In this document: one piece after another, positions 44,234 to 54,545 of the stretch
Numbering within the stretch: position 1 is the stretch's first letter
Layout: every line of letters starts with the position of its first letter
Source: an uncultured Collinsella sp.
GTDB taxonomy: Bacteria > Actinomycetota > Coriobacteriia > Coriobacteriales > Coriobacteriaceae
Assembly (NCBI GenBank): GCA_934621295.1
Contig: CAKTVB010000007.1
Location: 6,494 to 70,493 of the forward strand
DNA: 64,000 nucleotides
Reading direction: 5' to 3'
Made by a program: the position numbers and the translations under genes
The notes under the pieces: model-generated
The model's database searches: none
What the model was told of the DNA's origin: nothing
Seen by the model: the letters and a program-made list of their open reading frames with translations, nothing else

Positions 44234-46362
44234 CCGCGGCGGCCTTGGCGATTGGCTCCTTGGCGTCCCTGAGCGGCACGATTGCACGCCGCTGCATTTT
44301 GTGCGCGATTCATGTGCTGGGCCCCATTTGGCCCGCGATGCTGCTTTGAGGCCGCACCCGTTTGGTTGTGTCGGCTGCTCGCATGCTGTCGCTTAGCTCC
44401 GCCTGCGCCCTTGGTTTTGTCGTTGCCCTTTTTGGGCGCGGCGCCTTCTTGCGGAGGGACGGGGCGAATAAGGCAGTGCTTGTCGTAGCCGATCAAATCA
44501 CGCCTGCCTGCAGCGATAAGCGCCTCGCGCACGAGCTTGTAGTTCTCGGGTTTGCGGTACTGAATGAGCGCGCGCTGCATCGCTTTTTCGTGAGGGTCGC
44601 GTGCTACGTAGACCGGTTTCATGGTGCGCGGGTCCACGCCGGTGTAATACATGCACGTGGACATCGTCGAAGGCGTGGGGTAGAAGTCCTGCACTTGCTC
44701 GGGCATATAACCCATGTCGCGCACGGCGCAGGCGAGCTCCACGGCCTCCTTCATGGTCGAGCCGGGATGCGAGCTAATGAGGTAGGGCACCACAAACTGG
44801 TTGAGCCCGTATTGCTCGTTGATCTTGTCAAAGCGGCGGCAGAAGGCGTCGTAGACGGCGCGGCTCGGCTTGCCCATCACGCTGAGTACGGCATCGCTTA
44901 CATGCTCGGGCGCTAGGCGCAGCTGGCCGGAGACGTGATGCTGCAGCAGCTCGAGCATAAATTCGTCCGAGGCGTCGGCCATGGTGTAGTCAAAGCGAAT
45001 GCCGCTTCGGATAAAGACCTTCTTGATGCCGGGTATCGAACGCAGGTCGCGCAGCAGCTGCGTGTACCCGCTCTCATCCACCACCATGTTCTTGCAGACG
45101 CTCGGCCACAGACAGCGCTTGTTCTTGCACACACCGTGCTTGAGCTGCTTGTCGCAGGCAGGGCGGAAGAAGTTGGCGGTAGGGCCGCCCACATCGTTGA
45201 TGTAGCCCTTGAACTCGGGGTCGTGGGTGAGCGTCTCGGCTTCGCGCATGATGCTGTCGTGGCTTCGCACCTGCAAAACGCGACCCTGATGGAAGGTGAG
45301 CGCGCAAAAGCTGCACTCGCCAAAGCAGCCGCGGTTGCTCGATATGGAGAAACGCACTTCGGAAAAAGCGGGGATGCCGCCCGCCTCGTCGTAGTCGGGG
45401 TGCCAATGGCGCGCGTAGGGGAGTTCGGCAACCTCGTCCATCTCCTGCGTGGTCAGCGTTGCCGAAGGCGGGTTTTGCACCACGAAGACGCCGTTGGGGT
45501 AGGGCTCCACTAGGCGCTGCCCGGTGATGGGGTCCATATTTTGTTGCTGGATGTTAAAGCTCTTGGCGTACGTGAGTCGGTCGCTGTTGAGCTCATCCCA
45601 GCTTGGGAGCAGGTGGTAATCGTATACAGCATCGAGTGCCCCTTCGCCACTCGTGCGGTAGACCGTGCCGTTAACATAGGTGATCTGATCGATGGGCAAA
45701 CCGGCATCGAGGGCGTCGGCTATCTCGATGATGGCATGCTCGCCCATGCCGTAGATGAGCAGGTCGGCGCTCGAGTCGAGCAGTACCGAGCGCTTGAGCT
45801 TGTCTTGCCAGTAGTCATAGTGCGCAAGGCGTCGTAGGCTCGCCTCGATGCCGCCGATGATAATGGGCGTGTGTTTGTACGTGCGGCGGATGAGGTTACC
45901 GTAAACCGTCACCGCTCGGTTTGGTCGACGTCCGGCTTCGCCGCCGGGAGTATAGGCATCCGTATGGCGGCGGTGCTTGGTCACGGAGTAATGATTGACC
46001 ATCGAGTCCATGTTGCCGGCGCTCACCAAAAAGCCCAGGCGCGGCTCGCCGAGCACCGAGATGCTCTCAGGGTCGTTCCAATCCGGCTGGCAGATGATGC
46101 CCACGCGATAGCCATGTGCCTCGAGAATGCGGCTGATGATGGCCATGCCAAAGCTGGAATGGTCGACGTAGGCGTCGCCGCAGATATAGACAAAGTCGCA
46201 TGCGTCCCATCCGCGCGCGTCCATATCGGCGCGCGAGACGGGTAAGAACTTATCGCGCTCGGGGCGCCAGGCGGCGTGCTTTTTGGACGAGGTCTTTGCT
46301 TTGCGAGGCGCAGGCGCGCCGTCGGTCGTTTTTTTATTCCTATGTTCGACCTGCTTTGCCAT
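44230..46362 (-). CDS. ygiQ: YgiQ-family radical SAM protein (UPF0313)
   Basis: ATG 46362 lies 5 nt after GAAGGA. The CFGECSFC cluster motif and a Lys/Arg/Gln-rich C-terminal tail are present. It converges on and overlaps the CPBP gene by 4 nt. Confidence 0.9.
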   Translation of the reverse strand: MAKQVEHRNKKTTDGAPAPRKAKTSSKKHAAWRPERDKFLPVSRADMDARGWDACDFVYICGDAYVDHSSFGMAIISRILEAHGYRVGIICQPDWNDPESISVLGEPRLGFLVSAGNMDSMVNHYSVTKHRRHTDAYTPGGEAGRRPNRAVTVYGNLIRRTYKHTPIIIGGIEASLRRLAHYDYWQDKLKRSVLLDSSADLLIYGMGEHAIIEIADALDAGLPIDQITYVNGTVYRTSGEGALDAVYDYHLLPSWDELNSDRLTYAKSFNIQQQNMDPITGQRLVEPYPNGVFVVQNPPSATLTTQEMDEVAELPYARHWHPDYDEAGGIPAFSEVRFSISSNRGCFGECSFCALTFHQGRVLQVRSHDSIMREAETLTHDPEFKGYINDVGGPTANFFRPACDKQLKHGVCKNKRCLWPSVCKNMVVDESGYTQLLRDLRSIPGIKKVFIRSGIRFDYTMADASDEFMLELLQHHVSGQLRLAPEHVSDAVLSVMGKPSRAVYDAFCRRFDKINEQYGLNQFVVPYLISSHPGSTMKEAVELACAVRDMGYMPEQVQDFYPTPSTMSTCMYYTGVDPRTMKPVYVARDPHEKAMQRALIQYRKPENYKLVREALIAAGRRDLIGYDKHCLIRPVPPQEGAAPKKGNDKTKGAGGAKRQHASSRHNQTGAASKQHRGPNGAQHMNRAQNAAACNRAAQGRQGANRQGRRG

Positions 46363-46505
46363 GAGCATCCTTCATACGCTTCTGTTTTTAGGAATTGTAC
46401 CAATTGCGTTACCGAGGCGCGCGCCCATGTGGCGCCCGCAACAGTTGCGCTAGGATGGGTTCGATAATGATTGTCGAATAATGCAAATTGGGGGACACGC
46501 TTTCT

Positions 46506-47183
46506 ATGCAGCGTGCAAAGCAGATCTCGGAATCAATCGAGCTCGGAGCGATTTTGGCGCTTGCCGGTGGCTTTATGGACGCCTATTCCTATATTGGCCG
46601 TGGGGGCGTGTTCGCAAACGCCCAGACCGGTAACATCCTTTTGGTAGGCATCCATCTATCCCTTGGCGAGTTTTCCCAGGCGGCTCGCTTTTTGTTCCCC
46701 GTCCTCTCCTTCGCATTGGGCATCATGCTCTCCGATCTGATTCATGAGCGCTTTTCGAGTTTGTTTCACTGGCGTCAGGTGACGGTGCTTCTTGAGGCAC
46801 TCATCCTTTTTGCCGTGAGCTTCATCGCTGCGGATCTTAACCTGCTTGCCAACTGCCTCACCTCGTTTGCCTGTGGCATGCAGGTGGAATCGTTCCGCAA
46901 GATTCACGGCAAGGGCATCGCGACCACCATGTGTATTGGCAACCTGCGTTCTGCCTTGCAAAACGTCGACGATTACATCATTACGCACAATCGAGGCTTC
47001 TTAGAAAACGGCGCACTTTATTTTGGTGTCATCCTGTGCTTCGTGATGGGCGCTGTCCTGGGAAACTGGTGTATCGAGCGGCTGGGCCTGCATGCGATTG
47101 CCGTAGCTTCTGCTCTGTTGGCGGTCTCTTTCGCCATCATGTTTATCGACCGCGAGCATCCTCATGCAAAGGCGGGAAAGTAG
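46506..47183 (+). CDS. YoaK/DUF1275-family membrane protein
   Basis: GGFMDAYSY and ANAQTGN motifs are present, with about 6 TM segments. The start is uncertain (46488 or 46506). Confidence 0.75.
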   Translation: MQRAKQISESIELGAILALAGGFMDAYSYIGRGGVFANAQTGNILLVGIHLSLGEFSQAARFLFPVLSFALGIMLSDLIHERFSSLFHWRQVTVLLEALILFAVSFIAADLNLLANCLTSFACGMQVESFRKIHGKGIATTMCIGNLRSALQNVDDYIITHNRGFLENGALYFGVILCFVMGAVLGNWCIERLGLHAIAVASALLAVSFAIMFIDREHPHAKAGK

Positions 47184-47466
47184 TTCTTTGGGCCGTTGAA
47201 ATGTGACGGCCGTGTGTGCAAGCATTTCTTGAATTGCCGTTGGGCGACATTCCTATATACGAACCGATTGCCTAAAACACGAACGCCTTCCTTTTTAGCC
47301 CTTTTGCCTGCGGAAATGGCCTTTTGTTGTCGTCTATTATGCGAGAAGACCAAAACCAGTCACCCAAGGTTGTGCTTGATGATTTGGCCGTGCGGGTATA
47401 TTGAGTGCCGTTAGGGGATGGCGCGCGGTTGGCGCCATCCGCATTGAGGAGCCAGGAGGCACATTT

Positions 47467-48633
47467 ATGGCTAACCGTTTCGTTCTCAACACCGTCAGCT
47501 ACCACGGTTCCGGCGCTATCAAGGAGATTCCCGGCGAGCTCCAGCGCCGCGGCTACAAGAAGGTCTTCGTCTGCTCCGACCCCGACCTGGTCAAGTTCGG
47601 CGTGACCTCCAAGGTCACCGACGAGCTCGACGCCGCCGGCATCGCCTGGAGCCTCTACTCCGAGATCAAGCCCAACCCCACCATCAAGAACGTCCAGGAC
47701 GGCGTGGCTGCCTTCAAGGCCGCCGAGGCCGACTCCATCGTGACCATCGGCGGCGGCTCCTCCATGGACACCGCCAAGGCCATCGGCATCATCATCAACA
47801 ACCCCGAGTTCGCCGACGTGCGCTCCCTTGAGGGCGTCGCCCCCACCAAGAACCACGCCGTGTTCACCGTCGCCGTGCCGACGACCGCCGGCACCGCCGC
47901 TGAGGTGACCATCAACTACGTGATCACCGACCCCGAGAAGGTCCGCAAGTTCGTCTGCGTCGACACCAACGACATCCCTGAGGTCGCCGTCGTCGACCCC
48001 GACATGATGGCCTCCATGCCCGCCGGCCTCACCGCCGCCACCGGCATGGACGCGCTCACCCACGCCATCGAGGGCTACACCACCCAGGGCGCCTGGGAGC
48101 TCTCCGACATGTTCCACTACAAGGCCATCGAGCTCATCTCCAAGAACCTGCGCGACTCCGTCGCCGAGGCCAAGAGCGGCGAGCCGGGCAGCGGCCGCGA
48201 GGGCATGGCGCTCGGCCAGTACATCGCCGGCATGGGCTTCTCCAATGTCGGCCTGGGCATCGACCACGCCATGGCACACACCCTGTCCGCCCACTACGAC
48301 ACCCCGCACGGCGTCGCCTGCGCCATGCTGCTGCCGATCGCCATGGAGTTCAACAAGCCCGTCGTGACTAAGCGCCTGGCCGAGGTCGCCGTCGCCATGG
48401 GCGTCGACACCGCCGGCATGAGCGAGGACGAGGCCGCCGACGCCGCCATCGCCGCCGTCAAGCAGCTCTCCGCCGACGTGAACATCCCGCACGTCTGCGA
48501 GGCCATGAAGGCCGACGAGATCGAGGTGCTCGCCAAGGACGCCATGGCCGACGCCTGCTTCCCGGGCAACCCTCGCGAGGCCACGCTCGACGACGTCATC
48601 GAGCTCTTCAAGAAGATCTGCCCGGCAGCCTAG
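47467..48633 (+). CDS. Iron-containing alcohol dehydrogenase (lactaldehyde/1,2-propanediol oxidoreductase-like)
   Basis: ATG lies 8 nt after AGGAGG. GGGSSMDTAK and HAMAHTLSAHYDTPHG motifs are present. The strong NNC/NNG optimal-codon bias suggests high expression. Confidence 0.9.
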   Translation: MANRFVLNTVSYHGSGAIKEIPGELQRRGYKKVFVCSDPDLVKFGVTSKVTDELDAAGIAWSLYSEIKPNPTIKNVQDGVAAFKAAEADSIVTIGGGSSMDTAKAIGIIINNPEFADVRSLEGVAPTKNHAVFTVAVPTTAGTAAEVTINYVITDPEKVRKFVCVDTNDIPEVAVVDPDMMASMPAGLTAATGMDALTHAIEGYTTQGAWELSDMFHYKAIELISKNLRDSVAEAKSGEPGSGREGMALGQYIAGMGFSNVGLGIDHAMAHTLSAHYDTPHGVACAMLLPIAMEFNKPVVTKRLAEVAVAMGVDTAGMSEDEAADAAIAAVKQLSADVNIPHVCEAMKADEIEVLAKDAMADACFPGNPREATLDDVIELFKKICPAA

Positions 48634-48662
48634 CCGCGCGTCTTTATTGAGTGATGCTATAT

Positions 48663-48697
48663 ATGCCGGAGAGGGTTCGTCCCTTTCCGGCATTTTT
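48663..48697 (+). terminator. Rho-independent terminator after the ADH gene
   Basis: ATGCCGGA..TCCGGCAT hairpin followed by TTTTT. Confidence 0.7.
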
Positions 48698-48753
48698 CTG
48701 TTTGCCGCTCGTCTTGTGTACTATGGAGAAAACCGACCGGGAAGGAGCCCGAT

Positions 48754-49194
48754 ATGACAAAACCTCGTTTTGCCACGAAGGTGGCGATTTGTCTCGGTTG
48801 CATCGTTGCCCTTGGTGTAGTTGCCCTGGTTGCACATCATGCGCTATCTGGGCAGGGTGTCTCGTGGACCGCTGAGCAGGACGAATCGCTCGATATTCTT
48901 ACGACGAAGGCCGTGGGTGACGCCGAGGTGGCTCAGCCGGAAGAGGGCTGGGCTCCCCGCGACGGCTATATCCAGCTCCAGCTTTTGGGCTCCTCGATCC
49001 CTGAGCAAGAGATCGAATCGGTCGAGCAGGATGGCGACGAACTCACAGTTACGCTCAAGGTGCAAGATGGCCCCATGACCATGGACATTCTGCTTACCGA
49101 ATGGCGCCTCACCGGCGGCGACGTTGAGAGCATTAAGTCCGTAACCATCGATTACGGCAGAGGCGATATCCGCCATGCCCCTCAATGCCCCTAG
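48754..49194 (+). CDS. Hypothetical membrane-anchored protein (146 aa)
   Basis: ATG lies 6 nt after GGAAGGAG. An N-terminal hydrophobic anchor (VAICLGCIVALGVVALVA) is followed by an acidic soluble domain. Confidence 0.5.
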   Translation: MTKPRFATKVAICLGCIVALGVVALVAHHALSGQGVSWTAEQDESLDILTTKAVGDAEVAQPEEGWAPRDGYIQLQLLGSSIPEQEIESVEQDGDELTVTLKVQDGPMTMDILLTEWRLTGGDVESIKSVTIDYGRGDIRHAPQCP

Positions 49195-49197
49195 AAT

Positions 49198-49229
49198 GTG
49201 ACAAAAAGTCGACAGGTTTATTTTGTCAC
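49198..49229 (+). repeat. 32-nt AT-rich palindromic element, copy D (consensus copy)
   Basis: GTGACAAAAAGTCGACAGGTTTATTTTGTCAC. It lies 3 nt after a TAG stop and 50 nt upstream of the M42 peptidase start. Confidence 0.85.
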
Positions 49230-49278
49230 ATTTTCACATTTCATTCATATATCAACCCATCAACCCAGAGGAGAGAAC

Positions 49279-50298
49279 ATGACCGAAACACTCGATTACA
49301 TCGGAGACCAGCTCAAGGCGCTCACCGCCATTCCGAGCCCCACGGGATTTACCCGCGCGGTGACTGACTACGTGATGGAAACCCTTGAAGGGATGGGTTT
49401 TGCGCCCGAGCGCTCGACGAAGGGCAACGTGCTTGTGTGCCTGGGCGGCGAGGGCGAGCCTCTCGTGCTGGCGAGCCACGTGGACACGCTTGGCGCCATG
49501 GTTCGCTCCATTAAAGACAACGGCCGCTTGCGCCCGACGACCCTCGGCGGTCACCAGTGGTCTACGGCCGATGGTGAAAACTGCACCGTGCACACGCGTG
49601 ATGGTCGCGTCTACACCGGTGTCGTGCTCAACACCGAGCCTTCGGCTCATGTGGCGGACGAGCCGGTTAAGACCGACGAGAAGAACATGGAGATCTTGCT
49701 CGACGAGAACGTCGACACCAAAGATGGCGTGAGTGAGCTGGGCATCCAGACGGGCGACATCATCGCCATGGATCCGCGCACAGTGATTACCGAGAGCGGC
49801 TACATCAAGAGCCGTTTCCTGGACGACAAGCTTTCTGCCGCCATCTTACTGGGTCTGGCCCGCGCGGTCGCTGCGGGGGACATTAAGCTCTCTCGCAAGG
49901 TGTCCTTGCTCTTCACGGTGTACGAGGAGGTCGGCCATGGCGGCGCCTTCGTGCCGGCAGACACGTGCGAGATGATCAGCGTGGATATGGGCTGTGTGGG
50001 CGACGATCTGGGCTGTACCGAGCGCATGGTCTCCATCTGCGCCAAGGATTCTGGTGGCCCGTACAATTACGAGCTGGTGAGCGCGCTTGCCGATGCGGCC
50101 AAGCGCTTGGACCTTGGCTACGCCATCGACGTCTACCCACATTACGGATCCGACGTGGAGGCTACGCTTCGTGCAGGCTATGACATTCGCCACGGTCTCA
50201 TCGGTCCCGGCGTGTACGCGAGCCATAACTACGAGCGCTCGCACATGGACGGTGTGCGCAACACGTACGAGCTGCTGCGTGCATACGTGGGGGAGTAA
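49279..50298 (+). CDS. M42-family metallo-aminopeptidase (FrvX/PepA-like)
   Basis: ATG 49279 follows AGAGGAGAGA. Motifs SHVDTLG, FLDDKLSAA and YEEVGHGGA are present. Confidence 0.85.
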   Translation: MTETLDYIGDQLKALTAIPSPTGFTRAVTDYVMETLEGMGFAPERSTKGNVLVCLGGEGEPLVLASHVDTLGAMVRSIKDNGRLRPTTLGGHQWSTADGENCTVHTRDGRVYTGVVLNTEPSAHVADEPVKTDEKNMEILLDENVDTKDGVSELGIQTGDIIAMDPRTVITESGYIKSRFLDDKLSAAILLGLARAVAAGDIKLSRKVSLLFTVYEEVGHGGAFVPADTCEMISVDMGCVGDDLGCTERMVSICAKDSGGPYNYELVSALADAAKRLDLGYAIDVYPHYGSDVEATLRAGYDIRHGLIGPGVYASHNYERSHMDGVRNTYELLRAYVGE

Positions 50299-50439
50299 CA
50301 TCCCGGCAATCGCTTCTGACAACTGCTCTTAAGGACAAACATGCCGAGATGGCCCGCAATGGTCGTCTCGGTATTGTGCGTTGTGGGCAAGGTGGGCTTC
50401 CTGCCGTTTGCGGGCGTGCTCCGTACCCCCCAAGCCGCG

Positions 50440-51543
50440 CTATTCCTTGAGGGCAGCGGTTACGGTTCCACCGCCAAGAACAACGTCTCCCTGGTAAACG
50501 ACGACGGCCTGACCTGCGGCGATAGCGCGCTGAGGCGTATCGAAGGCAATCTTCATACTGCCGTCTGCCTGGCGCGTAAGCGTTGCCGGCTGGTCTGCTT
50601 GACGATACCGGTACTTTGCGCCGATGCGGATGCCGCCGGCGTCCAGTGTGGCATCCATCCGCCGCGCAGGGGCACTCCAAATCCAATCGTCCGCCTCAAG
50701 GGCACCGACCGCCAGGTCCTCGATCTCTCCAAGATGGACGGTGTTGCTGGTTGCGTCGACGCCGGTCACGTAGACGGGATGCGCCATGGCAACGCCGAGA
50801 CCCTTGCGTTGACCGATGGTGTAGCGAAGCGCGCCGTTGTGACGTCCGACTACGGTACCGTCGCGCCAGATGATGTCGCCGGGCTCCGCAGCGCGCCCGC
50901 AATGGCGCTCGATGTAGCCCGCATAGTCGCCATCGGGAACAAAGCAGATATCCTCGCTCTCGGCCTTCTTCGCGTTGATAAAACCCTGCTCGGCGGCGAT
51001 ACGGCGCACGTCGCGCTCTTTATCCAGCCCTGCCAGCGGGAAAATTGTGCGTGCCAGGCGCTCTTGGGTGAGGGAATAGAGAAAATAGCTCTGGTCCTTC
51101 TTGGGGTCCTCTCCGCGATGGAGCTGCCAGGTGCCGTCGGGCGCCTGATCTGTTTTTGCAAAGTGGCCCGTGGCGATATAGTCACAGCCCATATCGAACG
51201 CGGCGTCGAGCAGGGCTCCAAATTTGATATGGCGATTGCAGATGATGCAGGGGTTGGGTGTGAGTCCTGCTTGATATGCCGCAACAAAGCGGTCGATGAC
51301 GCTGCGTTCGAAGGTCTGTTGAAGGTCGAGTACATGATGGGGGATGCCGACGCGTGCGGCAACGGCTTTGGCGTCGGCGATATCGCGGTCAACTTTGCTC
51401 ATTCCCGTTGCAGGGTCGGGCGCAGGACAGGTGAGGCGCATGGTGGCGCCCACACAGTCATATCCCTGTTGTTTGAGAAGGAAGGCGGTTACGCTCGAGT
51501 CGACGCCGCCACTCATGGCAACGAGTACGCGCCCTTTGGACAT
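50440..51543 (-). CDS. mnmA: tRNA 2-thiouridine(34) synthase
   Basis: A PP-loop (VAMSGGVDSSV), NPCIICN and ATGHFA motifs are present. Confidence 0.95.
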   Translation of the reverse strand: MSKGRVLVAMSGGVDSSVTAFLLKQQGYDCVGATMRLTCPAPDPATGMSKVDRDIADAKAVAARVGIPHHVLDLQQTFERSVIDRFVAAYQAGLTPNPCIICNRHIKFGALLDAAFDMGCDYIATGHFAKTDQAPDGTWQLHRGEDPKKDQSYFLYSLTQERLARTIFPLAGLDKERDVRRIAAEQGFINAKKAESEDICFVPDGDYAGYIERHCGRAAEPGDIIWRDGTVVGRHNGALRYTIGQRKGLGVAMAHPVYVTGVDATSNTVHLGEIEDLAVGALEADDWIWSAPARRMDATLDAGGIRIGAKYRYRQADQPATLTRQADGSMKIAFDTPQRAIAAGQAVVVYQGDVVLGGGTVTAALKE

Positions 51544-51712
51544 CTGTGCTCCTTATACGATGCTGCGCATAAAAACGGCAGAAAACGGCGCGAGGCACAT
51601 GGGGTCCCGCGCCGTTGTTTTTCTTGATTGTACTGCATGCGCTTGGCACGTATCGCCGGTGCGCGATGCATGGCGTGCCGGCGATACGGGTTCTAAGCCC
51701 GCGTGCCAGGAT

Positions 51713-52648
51713 CTAAGCGAACAGCGCCGTGGAGAGATAACGCTCGCCCGTGTCGGCAAGAAGTGCCACGATGGTCTTGCCCTCGTTCTCGGGACGCTTG
51801 GCAAGTTGAATGGCCGTCCATACGGCAGCGCCAGACGAGATGCCTACGAGCACGCCTTCCTTGTGGCCTACTGCACGACCGGTGGCGAAGGCGTCCTCAT
51901 TGTCGACCTGAATGATTTCGTCGTAGACTTTGGTGTTCAAGACGTCGGGCACAAAGCCTGCACCGATGCCCTGAATCTTGTGCGGACCGGCATGGCCTTC
52001 GGAAAGAACGGGGGAAGAAGCGGGCTCGACGGCAACGACCTTTACATCGGGATTCTGCTCTTTGAGGTACTCGCCCACGCCGGTCACCGTGCCGCCGGTG
52101 CCCACGCCGGCGACAAAGATGTCAACCTGGCCATCGGTGTCGGCCCAAATCTCCGGGCCGGTCGTCGCTTTGTGGACGGCAGGATTCGCGGGGTTCACAA
52201 ACTGGCCGGCAATGATGCTGTTGGGGGTCTCCTTTTGCAGCTCTTCGGCCTTGGCGATGGCACCCTTCATGCCCTTTGCCCCATCGGTGAGGACGAGCTC
52301 GGCGCCGTATGCCTGCATGAGCTTGCGGCGCTCGACGGACATGGTCTCGGGCATGGTGATGATCACTTTATAGCCGCGAGCAGCGGCAACGGAGGCGATG
52401 CCCACACCGGTGTTGCCGGAGGTCGGCTCGATGATGGTATAGTCGCCGCCGCGTACGAGTTTGCCGGCGCGCTCGGCCTCATCGATCATGTTCTTGGCCA
52501 CGCGGTCCTTGACGGAGCCCGCGGGATTGAAGTACTCGAGCTTGACAAGCACACGGGCATGCAGATCCTCGTCCTGCTCAAAATGGGTGAGCTCAAGCAG
52601 AGGGGTATGGCCGATAAGCTGATCGATGGACGTGTAGACGTTGGACAT
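51713..52648 (-). CDS. cysK: Cysteine synthase A (O-acetylserine sulfhydrylase)
   Basis: ATG 52648 follows AAGGAG. The PLP lysine motif ([10 protein letters not shown]), TSGNTG and GVGTGGT motifs are present. Confidence 0.95.
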   Translation of the reverse strand: MSNVYTSIDQLIGHTPLLELTHFEQDEDLHARVLVKLEYFNPAGSVKDRVAKNMIDEAERAGKLVRGGDYTIIEPTSGNTGVGIASVAAARGYKVIITMPETMSVERRKLMQAYGAELVLTDGAKGMKGAIAKAEELQKETPNSIIAGQFVNPANPAVHKATTGPEIWADTDGQVDIFVAGVGTGGTVTGVGEYLKEQNPDVKVVAVEPASSPVLSEGHAGPHKIQGIGAGFVPDVLNTKVYDEIIQVDNEDAFATGRAVGHKEGVLVGISSGAAVWTAIQLAKRPENEGKTIVALLADTGERYLSTALFA

Positions 52649-52854
52649 GACGTACTCCTTAGTTTGGTTTCGGGCGAGATGGCCCGAATCGAAATGGGTC
52701 AAATTGCGCAAGCGGCATGAGGCGCAAACGGGGTTCATGCACCGGTGCTACATCGCTTCTGCTCGTTCATATGCTGACCTCCGAATCGCGGCGAGGCAAA
52801 TTACCTATAAGTCAGCGGGAATATATGGGTTCCCGTTGGCAGTATTAAACGAGG

Positions 52855-52881
52855 TAATACCTATCATGTCAATAGGAATAT
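52855..52881. promoter_or_regulatory. AT-rich imperfect palindrome in the cysK / Rrf2 divergent region (candidate Rrf2/CymR-type operator)
   Basis: TAATACCTATCATGTCAATAGGAATAT contains ATACCTAT / ATAGGAAT half-sites, and a second TACCTAT occurs at 52802. Confidence 0.35.
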
Positions 52882-53020
52882 AGTTTTGTTTCGAGACGAT
52901 GAAGCGAACAGGTGCGTTCCAGTTGCTTGGAAAGACGATTTATCCAGCTTGCAGCATGTAATCAACCTAGTATTTTGGTATGATACGATGGTTAAAGAGA
53001 GAGGAAAGAGGGCCAGTCAT

Positions 53021-53449
53021 ATGCTCGTTTCCACTAAGGGCCGCTATGCCCTGCGCGTCATGATCGACCTTGCGCAGCATCAGGCTGCTGGCCGCACGCC
53101 GCTTAAGGAGATTGCCGCGCGTCAGGGAATCTCCGAGAAGTATCTGGAAAACATCCTTGCCATTCTTGTGCGAAACGGCATGCTTTCCGGCATGCGCGGC
53201 AAAGGAGGAGGCTACTGCCTAACACGTCCGGCAGATCAATACACCGTGGGCGAGATTTTGCGCCTTACCGAGGGAAGCCTTGCGCCCGTTTCCTGTCTTG
53301 TTGAAGGCGCCGCTGTCTGCGATCACGAGGCCACCTGCACCACGCTGGGCATGTGGACCAAGCTTCACACCATGATCAACGAGTACCTGGACAGCGTGAC
53401 TGTAGCCGATCTAGTTGCAGAACCTCAGTCGTTTGATTACGTCATTTAA
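53021..53449 (+). CDS. Rrf2-family transcriptional regulator (CymR/IscR-like)
   Basis: The N-terminus is MLVSTKGRYALRVMIDLA, and the motifs LKEIAARQGISEKYLENIL and GKGGGY are present. It is divergent from cysK. Confidence 0.9.
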   Translation: MLVSTKGRYALRVMIDLAQHQAAGRTPLKEIAARQGISEKYLENILAILVRNGMLSGMRGKGGGYCLTRPADQYTVGEILRLTEGSLAPVSCLVEGAAVCDHEATCTTLGMWTKLHTMINEYLDSVTVADLVAEPQSFDYVI

Positions 53450-53544
53450 GGTGAGGTATATGGCGCAAACGAATGTGCGTGGACGCGCATCCGCTTGCGC
53501 TACCCAAGGCGCCGGGCTGCCACATAGCGGCCCGGCGCCCTTGT

Positions 53545-53910
53545 CTATTCCTCAACTACACCGTTTAAGATCGCGCACATGATGCTTACGATGATGGCGC
53601 CCATGAAGGCGGAGCCAAAGCTTGCAATAGAGATGCCCGCGCCAAGGATATTGATGGAAAGCCAGCTTGCGAGCTCCAGCATGAAGCTGTTGATAACCAG
53701 CTGGAAGATACCAAGCGTGATGATGGTCACCGGCAGCGAGATGGCACTGACAAACGGCTTGACGAGCGAATTGACAAATCCCAAAAACAGACCGACAAAC
53801 ATGAAGCTCACCCATGCCTCGCTTGCGCCAAACGGTGCAATGCCGGGGACGATGAACGTGGCGATCGCAATGGCGATCGAGGTGAGCAGCCAGTTAAGTA
53901 AAAAGCGCAT
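53545..53910 (-). CDS. Phage-holin-4_2 / YvlD (DUF360) family small membrane protein
   Basis: ATG 53910 follows AGGAA. 121 aa with 4 TM segments and the motif VKPFVSAISLPVTIITLGIF. Confidence 0.65.
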   Translation of the reverse strand: MRFLLNWLLTSIAIAIATFIVPGIAPFGASEAWVSFMFVGLFLGFVNSLVKPFVSAISLPVTIITLGIFQLVINSFMLELASWLSINILGAGISIASFGSAFMGAIIVSIMCAILNGVVEE

Positions 53911-54050
53911 GATGAGTTCCTTCGATCGACGATTCATTGACGTATGGATACCCATCCTTGCGCCATGTCTAACACAAAAACGTCTCCAGATAACAAAGGC
54001 GGGCATGCGCAATGCACATACCCGCCTGAACAGGGCATTTAAACCGGGGA

Positions 54051-54545
54051 CTAGTTTTGGCCAAAACCTTCGAACGTTTGCGCCATGCGCGCCTCGACAT
54101 CGTCTTCGCTCACGCCCAGGGCCACGGCGAGCTCTTCGACAGAGCGGCGATGGGCTTCTTTGAGAATGCGCATATAGTAGCTGCTGGGCTTCCTTGCCTG
54201 AGATTCTGCGTCATGAATACGGCAACGCATGGTCTTTGCGACCTGAATCGTGGTAGGGGCACCTTGCTTGAGCAGCTGCTTGAAATAGCTCTCTTCAAGG
54301 GAGCTGTTACGCTCGGTAAACGAGTCGCACGCTATCGAATCGTAGTCGGAGAGCAGCTTTTCGGCCTGGTCCTTGTCGATACAGGCGTGAAGGCGCCCGG
54401 CCTGCGATACGGGATAGAGGAGCTTGGTCTTCGAGTGTCCGGAGCGAGCTTCGAGCTCAATCATAGGGGTGGGGGAGTCCTTGAATCCCGTCACCGTGCA
54501 GACGCCCTGGCCCGGATGTATCACGTGCTCACCGATCTTAAACAT
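54051..54545 (-). CDS. CarD/CdnL-family RNA polymerase-binding regulator
   Basis: The N-terminal Tudor-like motif MFKIGEHVIHPGQGVCTV is present. 164 aa. Confidence 0.85.
   Translation of the reverse strand: MFKIGEHVIHPGQGVCTVTGFKDSPTPMIELEARSGHSKTKLLYPVSQAGRLHACIDKDQAEKLLSDYDSIACDSFTERNSSLEESYFKQLLKQGAPTTIQVAKTMRCRIHDAESQARKPSSYYMRILKEAHRRSVEELAVALGVSEDDVEARMAQTFEGFGQN

Noticed and set aside
53460-53582. 40-aa ORF with GGTGAGG upstream, directly after the Rrf2 gene (MAQTNVRGRASACATQGAGLPHSGPAPLSIPQLHRLRSRT).
   Set aside because: Its composition is the Arg/Ala/Gly-rich pattern of an out-of-frame GC-rich read. It overlaps the 3' end of the holin-like gene and a bidirectional hairpin, and nothing suggests conservation.
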